From the IMG/VR virus record IMGVR_UViG_3300005611_000061, positions 1 through 43,226 of that record: DNA of 43,226 bases; one strand, 5' to 3'. The stretch is from a virus. Lineage: Duplodnaviria > Caudoviricetes. The notes beneath the pieces were generated by a model. It was not told the DNA's origin, ran no database searches, and worked only from the letters and a program-made list of their open reading frames with translations. This document shows, one piece after another, positions 25,938 through 33,539 of the stretch (its first letter is position 1; each line of letters starts with the position of its first letter). Both the position numbers and the translations under genes were made by a program.

Positions 25938-25989
25938 TCCCAAGCCCTCCACTGGATGTGAGCCTTGGGAGGGCTCATTAAAGTGCTCA
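25938..25989 (+). ncRNA. Structured psbA leader (PhotoRC-II-like candidate)
   Basis: AGCCCTCC/GGAGGGCT stem; loop TGAGC is complementary to downstream GCTCA (25985-25989). Confidence 0.55.
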
Positions 25990-26025
25990 AATACATACCC
26001 TGTATAACAAATCTCTGCACTTTTA

Positions 26026-27105
26026 ATGACCGCTGTACTTTCTCAACAACAACGTAGGTCTGCCTGGGAAGAATTTTGTTCTTGGGTAACCTCTACTAAC
26101 AACCGACTTTATGTTGGCTGGTTCGGGACTCTTATGATCCCAACCCTACTGACCGCAACCGTCTGCTTTTTGGTTGCATTCATCGCTGCTCCCCCTGTGG
26201 ACATCGATGGCATTCGTGAACCCGTTGCCGGATCTCTACTCTATGGAAACAACATCATCTCAGGAGCAGTCGTTCCCTCAAGTAACGCAATCGGGCTACA
26301 TCTTTACCCAATCTGGGAAGCCGCTTCACTCGATGAGTGGCTCTACAACGGAGGACCGTACCAACTTGTCGTCTTCCACTTTCTCATTGGCGTCTTCTCT
26401 TACATGGGACGTGAATGGGAACTTAGTTATCGACTAGGAATGAGGCCCTGGATCTTTGTCGCATATTCTGCACCAGTCGCTGCCGCAACAGCTGTATTCC
26501 TTGTCTACCCATTTGGACAGGGCAGTTTCTCTGATGGAATGCCGTTGGGCATCTCGGGAACATTCAACTACATGTTTGTCTTCCAAGCTGAGCACAACAT
26601 TCTTATGCATCCCTTCCATATGCTTGGGGTCGCTGGCGTTTTTGGTGGTTCTCTGTTTTCAGCTATGCACGGTTCCCTTGTTACTTCTAGCTTGGTCCGT
26701 GAAACGACTGAAGATGTTAGCCAGAACTATGGGTATAAGTTCGGGCAAGAAGAGGAGACGTATAACATCGTCGCTGCTCATGGTTACTTTGGGCGTCTCA
26801 TCTTTCAATACGCTAGCTTTAATAATTCTCGCAGTCTCCACTTCTTCCTGGCTGCCTGGCCTGTTGTGGGGATCTGGTTTGCTGCTCTTGGTGTGTCTAC
26901 TATGGCGTTTAACTTGAATGGCTTTAACTTTAACCAGTCCATTCAATCCGCTGATGGTCGTGTTATTAACACCTGGGCAGACATCCTCAACCGAGCTGGT
27001 CTCGGTATGGAAGTTATGCACGAGCGTAATGCTCACAACTTCCCACTGGACTTGGCTGCTGCCGAGTCCGCACCGGTTGCACTGACTGCACCAGCAATCG
27101 GTTAA
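26026..27105 (+). CDS. psbA: Photosystem II D1 protein
   Basis: Full-length D1 (NRLYVGWFG...[13 protein letters not shown]), no intron. Confidence 0.99.
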   Translation: MTAVLSQQQRRSAWEEFCSWVTSTNNRLYVGWFGTLMIPTLLTATVCFLVAFIAAPPVDIDGIREPVAGSLLYGNNIISGAVVPSSNAIGLHLYPIWEAASLDEWLYNGGPYQLVVFHFLIGVFSYMGREWELSYRLGMRPWIFVAYSAPVAAATAVFLVYPFGQGSFSDGMPLGISGTFNYMFVFQAEHNILMHPFHMLGVAGVFGGSLFSAMHGSLVTSSLVRETTEDVSQNYGYKFGQEEETYNIVAAHGYFGRLIFQYASFNNSRSLHFFLAAWPVVGIWFAALGVSTMAFNLNGFNFNQSIQSADGRVINTWADILNRAGLGMEVMHERNAHNFPLDLAAAESAPVALTAPAIG

Positions 27106-27108
27106 TTA

Positions 27109-27179
27109 TTCGTACGTTCATCCTTCGGGACGCATACTGCCTGACCATGGAACGGGGGTCAGGTTTACCTCAGTACGAA
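27109..27179 (+). ncRNA. Glutamine-II riboswitch (Downstream-peptide RNA motif)
   Basis: P1 CGTTC/GGAACG, P2 TCC-TTCG-GGA, pseudoknot CCTGACC/GGTCAGG; followed by a YRG peptide ORF. Confidence 0.85.
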
Positions 27180-27181
27180 CT

Positions 27182-27298
27182 ATGTCTATCAACCTCATTC
27201 GTTTCATCAAAAACAATCAACGCCGCGCTGCTCGCTACCATGTAGAGACGCTCCGTTATCGCGGTGTTGACTATCGCAATCCTCACTATGCCCAGTAA
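27182..27298 (+). CDS. 38-aa DUF4278-like peptide (MSINLIRFIKNNQRRAARYHVETLRYRGVDYRNPHYAQ); not in the ORF track
   Basis: LRYRGVDY motif, directly downstream of the riboswitch. Confidence 0.85.
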   Translation: MSINLIRFIKNNQRRAARYHVETLRYRGVDYRNPHYAQ

Positions 27299-27446
27299 GC
27301 ATCAATCTAAAGCTGCTAAAGCAACTCCTGTCCCGTATACCCCAGTGCCTGCTGGTGCAGAGGTAACGTTCAAACGTTGCGGACATTGCGGTGATAAGAA
27401 ACCTGAATGTCGTAAACAAAAGAAGTGTCTTAAAGACCTTCTGTAA
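27288..27446 (+). CDS. 52-aa basic peptide with four Cys (CGHC...C...C), possibly zinc-binding
   Basis: ATG 27288 overlaps the end of the YRG peptide gene. Confidence 0.6.
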   Translation: MPSKHQSKAAKATPVPYTPVPAGAEVTFKRCGHCGDKKPECRKQKKCLKDLL

Positions 27447-27453
27447 ACAGCTT

Positions 27454-27574
27454 GGGAGGCACCTCAGAGTCGGACCTCCCTTGCATTGGTTGGAGCCGGT
27501 ACGCCGATACCTCTGACCGTCTAGACGGTGGGATAGACCACAACATTTTTAACAAAAAATTTCCAAACGTTTGG
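27454..27574 (+). promoter_or_regulatory. Structured leader / control region upstream of the capsid gene
   Basis: GGGAGG/CCTCCC hairpin, CGG-TACG-CCG hairpin, and palindromes ACCGTCTAGACGGT and CCAAACGTTTGG. Confidence 0.5.
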
Positions 27575-27606
27575 GAGCAAGTCTATTTTAATCTTACTCC
27601 TGTATA

Positions 27607-28743
27607 ATGGCACATCAATCTTCTACTCTGACCACGAGCCTGACTCGTCCTGGTCAGTCTAATTCCACGGGTGACGCCCGTGCTTTGTATCTCAAGCTTT
27701 TTAGCGGTGAGATGTTCAAAGGTTTCGAGTACAATGCAATTGCTCGTGACCTTGTGATGAAGCGTACTCTTACCAACGGTAAGTCTATGCAGTTCATCTA
27801 CACCGGTCGCACGACCGCTGAGTACCATACTCCTGGTAACGCCATCCTTGGCAACAGCGACGGTGCACCTCCGGTGGCTGAGAAGACCGTCACGGTTGAC
27901 GACCTGCTGATCTCCAGCGCGTTCGTATACGACCTTGACGAGACTCTTGCTCACTACGACCTGCGTGCTGAGATCTCTCGTAAGATCGGCTATGCTCTCG
28001 CTGAGAAGTATGACCGTCTGATCTTCCGTGCTCTGACTCGCGGTGCACGTGCTGCATCTCCTATCACCAAGGCTAGCTTTGTTGAGCCTGGTGGTACTCA
28101 GGTCCGCGTCGGTACTACCACCAACGCTTCCGATGCTTACTCCGCTACTGCACTGGTTAACGCATTCTACGATGCTGCTGCTGCAATGGATGAGAAAGGC
28201 ATCAGCCAGGAAGGGCGTGTGGGCGTTCTTAACCCCCGCCAGTACTATGCACTGATCCAACAGGTCGGTGAGAACGGTCTGATTAACCGTGACGAGCAGG
28301 GTACTGCACGTCAAAAGGGTCAAGGTATCGTCGAAATCGCCGGTATCAAGATCTTCAAGTCGATGAACATTCCGTTCTTCAGCCAGTACGGTACCAAGTT
28401 TGGTACTGGTTCTGCGACCAACCCCGGTACTACCGATCCTGGTAACACCGGTTCGTTCGTGTCTCCTGCTGTTGAAGATGCCGCTAACGATGTTACCGGT
28501 ATCAACAACGAGTACGGTGAAGAAACTGAATTTGCTAACAGCTGCGGTCTGATCTTCCAGAAGGAAGGCGCCGCTTGCGTGGAAGCCATCGGTCCTCAAG
28601 TCCAAGTTACCAGTGGTGACGTTTCCGTGATCTATCAGGGCGACGTGATTCTGGGTCGTCTCGCCATGGGCGCTGACTACCTGAACCCCGCTGCTTGCGT
28701 GGAACTGTTTGCCGGTACCGCTACCAAGCCTGCTGCATTCTGA
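27607..28743 (+). CDS. Major capsid protein (gp10-like)
   Basis: ALYLKLFSGE, GKSMQF, VDDLLISS; strong codon bias; followed by a terminator. Confidence 0.97.
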   Translation: MAHQSSTLTTSLTRPGQSNSTGDARALYLKLFSGEMFKGFEYNAIARDLVMKRTLTNGKSMQFIYTGRTTAEYHTPGNAILGNSDGAPPVAEKTVTVDDLLISSAFVYDLDETLAHYDLRAEISRKIGYALAEKYDRLIFRALTRGARAASPITKASFVEPGGTQVRVGTTTNASDAYSATALVNAFYDAAAAMDEKGISQEGRVGVLNPRQYYALIQQVGENGLINRDEQGTARQKGQGIVEIAGIKIFKSMNIPFFSQYGTKFGTGSATNPGTTDPGNTGSFVSPAVEDAANDVTGINNEYGEETEFANSCGLIFQKEGAACVEAIGPQVQVTSGDVSVIYQGDVILGRLAMGADYLNPAACVELFAGTATKPAAF

Positions 28744-28750
28744 TCTATTT

Positions 28751-28779
28751 GGGGGTACCTTCGGGTGCCCCTTTTTTTT
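28751..28779 (+). terminator. T-phi-like terminator after the capsid gene
   Basis: GGGGTACC-TTCG-GGTGCCCC-TTTTTTTT. Confidence 0.92.
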
Positions 28780-28792
28780 ATCTATTACTACT

Positions 28793-29407
28793 ATGCCTGT
28801 CACTCATGCTGCGTCCACCGAACTGGATGCTGTAAACCAAATGCTAAGCTCCGTGGGACAGGCACCTGTCACCACGCTAGATCTTCAAAACCCTGAAGTT
28901 GCTATCGTACTTACGACACTACGTGAAGTAAATAAGCAAGTGCAAAGTGAGGGTTGGATGTTCAACACTGAACGTTCATACACCATGAAGCCAGACTCTA
29001 CTACTCAAGAGATTCTGTATCCTACTAATGCTTTGCAAATCGATACCAACTTTGAAGTTAATCGTTCTGACTTTGATGTAGTACGCCGTGGAAAAAAACT
29101 CTACGACCGACTTCACCACACCTACAAATTTACTAAAGATCTAAAGGTAGATATTACCTGGCTTTATGAGTTTGATGAGGTACCGGCAGCTATTCAAAAT
29201 TACATTGTAGCACGTGCTGCACGTATGGCTGCTATTAAAACAGTTGGCGAGTCACAACTCGTTGGACTACTGCAAGAACAAGAATTAATGACCCGTGCCA
29301 CTGCAATCGAATATGATTGCCAACAAGGTGACTACAGCATCTTCGGGTGGCGTGACGGTGAAAACTATTACAATAACTATCAACCGTATAACGCACTTGC
29401 ACGATGA
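28793..29407 (+). CDS. Tail tubular protein A (gp11-like)
   Basis: TELDAVNQMLSSVGQAPV, VQSEGWMFN; ATG 28793. Confidence 0.93.
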   Translation: MPVTHAASTELDAVNQMLSSVGQAPVTTLDLQNPEVAIVLTTLREVNKQVQSEGWMFNTERSYTMKPDSTTQEILYPTNALQIDTNFEVNRSDFDVVRRGKKLYDRLHHTYKFTKDLKVDITWLYEFDEVPAAIQNYIVARAARMAAIKTVGESQLVGLLQEQELMTRATAIEYDCQQGDYSIFGWRDGENYYNNYQPYNALAR

Positions 29408-32355
29408 GTACAATTTCCCAAAGGATTCCTAACCTGTTACTGGGTGTATCCCAGCAGCCAGATAAACTAAAGTTTCCTGGTCAGGTTAAGGAGGCATCCA
29501 ACGTCTTTCCCGACTATGCACTAGGTTTGCTTAAGAGACCCGGTGGTAAATTTGAAGCAGAACTGTATGATGCAACAGCCCGAGGACGTTGGTTTCCAAT
29601 CCTTCGGGATGACAATGAAAAATATGTCTGTCAATATGATACCACCGATGGGCAGTTTCGTATTTGGAGTCTAATTGATGGACAGCCTCGTGCTGTGGAC
29701 ATGGGTACCACTGCTGCTACTGGACAGCCTAGTGGTTGTAATATCACTAATCTTAAATCAGATTTAGATAACTATCAAACTGCACTTAATACATCAGAAA
29801 CAGAACTGTCTGATCTACATGCTGCACAAGCTACGTTCAGTAAAACCAATGACGGTCAAGTAGCAACTAAAGAAAACCTTTTCGATGTAGACGTTACATA
29901 TAAAAACGGTTACTACGAAGAAACTCTTAACTCTGGTGTACTTGAGCGTATTGATAATGGTCAACGTATTATTAAAGACAACGGAACAAATGTAGGTTCT
30001 ATCGCCAAAGGCGTAGCGATGCCTGCAAACTATGCGTTAGGCAACGATCGTACAGATGACTATCCTTGGTTTAAACGTGATGGTTATCGTGTATATGAAG
30101 TAGAAAAAACTATTGCAGCTGCATACACCTCTGGTCAGTTAACCACTGCTACCAATGATATGAATACTGCAGAGACTGCGTATTCAACAACTGCATTAGA
30201 TGATGAAGCTGCTAAGAAAACTTTGTATGACGCTGAGGTCACAGCGTGTGCTATTGGTTCATCTAACATCCCTAGCACTGCATACCTGAAAGACGCTAAT
30301 CCTGAGGATATTGAACTACTCACGATTAACGACTTTACATTTGTTTTGAACAAAAACAAGGTAACGGCTATGAAGACTACCACTTCACCTGCTGTGCCTA
30401 ATGAAGCGTTTGTTGTTATTAAGACTATTGCTTACAACGCTAACTACACTGTTACCATTGACGGTACGGATCAAACCGAAACAACTCCCCAGAGTGTGAC
30501 TGGTGCAGTACTAGACGCTGGTACTATTGCGTCCAGCCTAGCAAGCAGTATTAACGGTATGTCCGGTTTTACAGCTACAGCTATTGGACCTGGTATCCAT
30601 ATTATTGGTACCTCTGCTTTTACTATTGAGACTTCAGGTTCTTCACAAGAGGAGGGTATCTATGCGTTCCAAGGTAAAATTGATGTAGCTGCACGGCTGC
30701 CTAACCAGTGTCATAATGGATACATTGTCCAAATCACAAACAGTGATGAGGTCAATGCAGACGACATTTATGTAGAGTTTAAGACTGATAACAATGCTGC
30801 TCAAGGTGTAGGTGTTTGGGAAGAAACCATTGGTCCTGGGCTTGAGTTTGAGATTGATGAGACAACCATGCCTCACCAGCTCATTCGTCAGGCTAACGGT
30901 TCTTTTAAATACGAGCCGATGACATTTGTGGATCGGCTTGTTGGTGATGAAAACACTAACCCTATCCCTAGCTTTATTGGTAAAAAGATCACTAACATGT
31001 TCTTTTACCGCAACCGTCTTGGGTTGTTGTCTGGTGAAGCTGTGATCATGAGCCGTGCTGGTGATTACTTTAACTTCTTTGCTAACAGCTCACAGGTTGT
31101 TGCTGCTGACGATCCTATCGACCTTCAGGCAACTTCGATTCGTCCTGTTACTCTAAACTATACCCTAGCTACTAGCGTGGGTCTTATGTTATTTGGTCCT
31201 AACGAACAGTTCCTGTTGTCTACGGACGCTGACGTTCTTAGCCCAACAACTACTAAGATCAATACTCTCAGTACTTACGAATGTGACCCATCTATTGATG
31301 CTGTTGCAGTCGGTGTAACCCAAGCATTTATTAGTAAATCTAATCTATACAGTAAGTTGTTCTTGATGTTAAACATCCAGAAAGAGGCTGCTGCATCGAT
31401 TGATGAAGCTACTGCAAACGTTCCTGAATACATCCCAAGTACTATTGATAGCATGGTAGCCTCGCCTGCTATGTCGATCACCTCTTTAGGACAGTCAGGG
31501 TCAGATACTATTTACCAACACCGTTTCTTTATTCAAGGCGAGGATCGTATCCAAACTTGGTATAAATGGAAACTGACTGGAGACCTGCGGTTGCAGTTCT
31601 TTGATAAAACTACGTTCTATGCTGTTACAAGCTCTGGTACTAACGTCTATTTGACATCATATGACTTGACACAAGCTAGTGAATCTGGCTATCTAACTCT
31701 ACCTACGGGTGAGAAAACAGATGTGTGTCTTGATATGTTCAGCATTAACCCGTATAGAACTTATGACGATTCAACTAATGAGACAACAGTAACACTACCA
31801 TTTGATCATATCACTGGTAAGAAACTTGCTGTTGTAGCTATTGGTACATATATTGGCGACACCATTTCTGCTAGCAGTGAGTCAGAAGGTTCAGTAATCT
31901 ATAAAGAAAATGCTGATATAAGCGGTACTAATACATTTACTCTCGATGGTGACTTCCGTGGGCGTGACCTTGTGATAGGATACGTGTACGATATGACCCT
32001 CGAACTACCTGTGTTCTATGCTACTCAAACTGAAGGTAGTAGATCTATCTCTGACCATACCGCAGACCTGATCCTGCACCGTATTAAGGTGTCTACAGGT
32101 CTTAGTGGTCCTGTCACTTATAAGGTGGACATTACAGGTAGAGACCGTTGGGACAATGTGGTAAATGTTACGTTGCCTAATACGTATGTATTGAACAACG
32201 TCAACCTTTCTGCATCTGCTGTACATGATGTGCCGATATATCAACGTAACGATAACTTGAAAATTACTATCCTTGGAGATACTCCTTTCCCAATCAGCCT
32301 GCTTAACTTGGTATGGGAGGGTAACTACAACCGTCGATTTTACCGCCGTTCATGA
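29404..32355 (+). CDS. Tail tubular protein B (gp12-like)
   Basis: GVSQQPD, GLLKRPG, TMPHQL, FFYRNRLG, C-terminal WEGNY. Confidence 0.93.
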   Translation: MSTISQRIPNLLLGVSQQPDKLKFPGQVKEASNVFPDYALGLLKRPGGKFEAELYDATARGRWFPILRDDNEKYVCQYDTTDGQFRIWSLIDGQPRAVDMGTTAATGQPSGCNITNLKSDLDNYQTALNTSETELSDLHAAQATFSKTNDGQVATKENLFDVDVTYKNGYYEETLNSGVLERIDNGQRIIKDNGTNVGSIAKGVAMPANYALGNDRTDDYPWFKRDGYRVYEVEKTIAAAYTSGQLTTATNDMNTAETAYSTTALDDEAAKKTLYDAEVTACAIGSSNIPSTAYLKDANPEDIELLTINDFTFVLNKNKVTAMKTTTSPAVPNEAFVVIKTIAYNANYTVTIDGTDQTETTPQSVTGAVLDAGTIASSLASSINGMSGFTATAIGPGIHIIGTSAFTIETSGSSQEEGIYAFQGKIDVAARLPNQCHNGYIVQITNSDEVNADDIYVEFKTDNNAAQGVGVWEETIGPGLEFEIDETTMPHQLIRQANGSFKYEPMTFVDRLVGDENTNPIPSFIGKKITNMFFYRNRLGLLSGEAVIMSRAGDYFNFFANSSQVVAADDPIDLQATSIRPVTLNYTLATSVGLMLFGPNEQFLLSTDADVLSPTTTKINTLSTYECDPSIDAVAVGVTQAFISKSNLYSKLFLMLNIQKEAAASIDEATANVPEYIPSTIDSMVASPAMSITSLGQSGSDTIYQHRFFIQGEDRIQTWYKWKLTGDLRLQFFDKTTFYAVTSSGTNVYLTSYDLTQASESGYLTLPTGEKTDVCLDMFSINPYRTYDDSTNETTVTLPFDHITGKKLAVVAIGTYIGDTISASSESEGSVIYKENADISGTNTFTLDGDFRGRDLVIGYVYDMTLELPVFYATQTEGSRSISDHTADLILHRIKVSTGLSGPVTYKVDITGRDRWDNVVNVTLPNTYVLNNVNLSASAVHDVPIYQRNDNLKITILGDTPFPISLLNLVWEGNYNRRFYRRS

Positions 32356-32774
32356 CTTACAGACCACGCCGCAGATGTCTGACATCTACAATTAAAATAG
32401 GTAAGCACATATGTAAGGTGTTCTTAGAACCCTGGCAAGACGTGCCTGATGGTACTGTGGTGTGGAAAGTAGGTTTTGGTGTAGGTAAATCAAGACGACA
32501 GATAAACGACTGGTATCATGAAAAACGAAACCGACACCGCCGATCGATGCACAAGCAGATGACTGGCACTGAGGGCTTCACCACAATCCCCCGTGGGTTT
32601 TATGAAGTCCTTAGGTTGCGTTGGCTGATACCAGCAGGAGATACGATCTTTATAGATTGTACAAGTGCTGACCCAGATAAACAATACAGAACGTTTTCTA
32701 GGTGGCGACGATGGCATCCTGACTGGTATGTCAACTCAGATCTAAAAGAATTTTATTGGACTAAACCATTATGA
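32352..32774 (+). CDS. Basic hypothetical protein at the gp13 position
   Basis: 140 aa with ATGA overlaps on both sides. Confidence 0.6.
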   Translation: MTYRPRRRCLTSTIKIGKHICKVFLEPWQDVPDGTVVWKVGFGVGKSRRQINDWYHEKRNRHRRSMHKQMTGTEGFTTIPRGFYEVLRLRWLIPAGDTIFIDCTSADPDKQYRTFSRWRRWHPDWYVNSDLKEFYWTKPL

Positions 32775-33523
32775 TTGGAGCAATCGGTGCTGGACTAGGT
32801 ATTGTCCAAGGTGTCGCGTCGATGTTTGGCACGAAACCTACCCCACCAATTAAAGATCGTTCTAGTGAAATTGGCGCTGCTGCGTACGGCAATGTATTAT
32901 CTCGTCGTAAGACTGAGATCATGAATGCCTATCGGCAGCGTGCTTACGAACGAAAAGTACAACAAGTTAATAAACAGTTTGAAGAAAACTTTGCAGCCGC
33001 AAACGCATCCTATCAAACTGAACAAGCTAAATTTGGTGAACAGATGATGGCATTTGCTTTCCAAAAGGAAGGTCTTATGCGTCAACTGTTGGAAGCTGAA
33101 GGCTATGCTGCTGCTACAGAAACCTACGGGAAAAGTGCAGACAGAGCTAAAGCTATCAAAACATTGGGTGACTACGGCCGCAACCAAGCAGAGTTTGTGC
33201 AAAGCATTGCCAGTGCTCAACGTCAATACGGACGTGACCTTGGTGGCATTGGTGGTGCTCTCCGCCAAGCTAACATGAATACTATCGCACCTATTATGGA
33301 TGGCGGTCCATTGATGGAAATGGCAGCTAGTGGCTACACTCCAGCTTACACACGTTATAGTGGTGGCAGCGGCGGCGGTGGTTTCTTTAACACTGCTATG
33401 AAGATCATGGGTGGTGTTCAGTCCGGTTTGTCAATGTATAAGAGCTTTGATTCGGCGTTTAACCCTAACTCTGTGTTTACTAAAGGCAGGGGTGGTACAA
33501 CTAACAATTATTATTACGCATAA
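32771..33523 (+). CDS. Internal virion protein (gp14-like)
   Basis: Gly/Ala-rich hydrophobic ends, helical middle, position. Confidence 0.7.
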   Translation: MIGAIGAGLGIVQGVASMFGTKPTPPIKDRSSEIGAAAYGNVLSRRKTEIMNAYRQRAYERKVQQVNKQFEENFAAANASYQTEQAKFGEQMMAFAFQKEGLMRQLLEAEGYAAATETYGKSADRAKAIKTLGDYGRNQAEFVQSIASAQRQYGRDLGGIGGALRQANMNTIAPIMDGGPLMEMAASGYTPAYTRYSGGSGGGGFFNTAMKIMGGVQSGLSMYKSFDSAFNPNSVFTKGRGGTTNNYYYA

Positions 33524-33539
33524 TCCTACGGGATAACGA

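Noticed and set aside
26026-27105. Intron or homing endonuclease in psbA
   Set aside because: D1 is continuous and full length.
28709-28792. Upstream extension of tail tube A overlapping the capsid end, suggesting a T7 10B-like frameshift
   Set aside because: It is in the +1 frame, crosses the terminator and has no evident slippery site. ATG 28793 gives a normal gp11 start.
27583-28803. 406-aa minus-strand ORF
   Set aside because: It is the antisense shadow of the codon-biased capsid gene, has no recognisable motifs, and all real genes are on the + strand.
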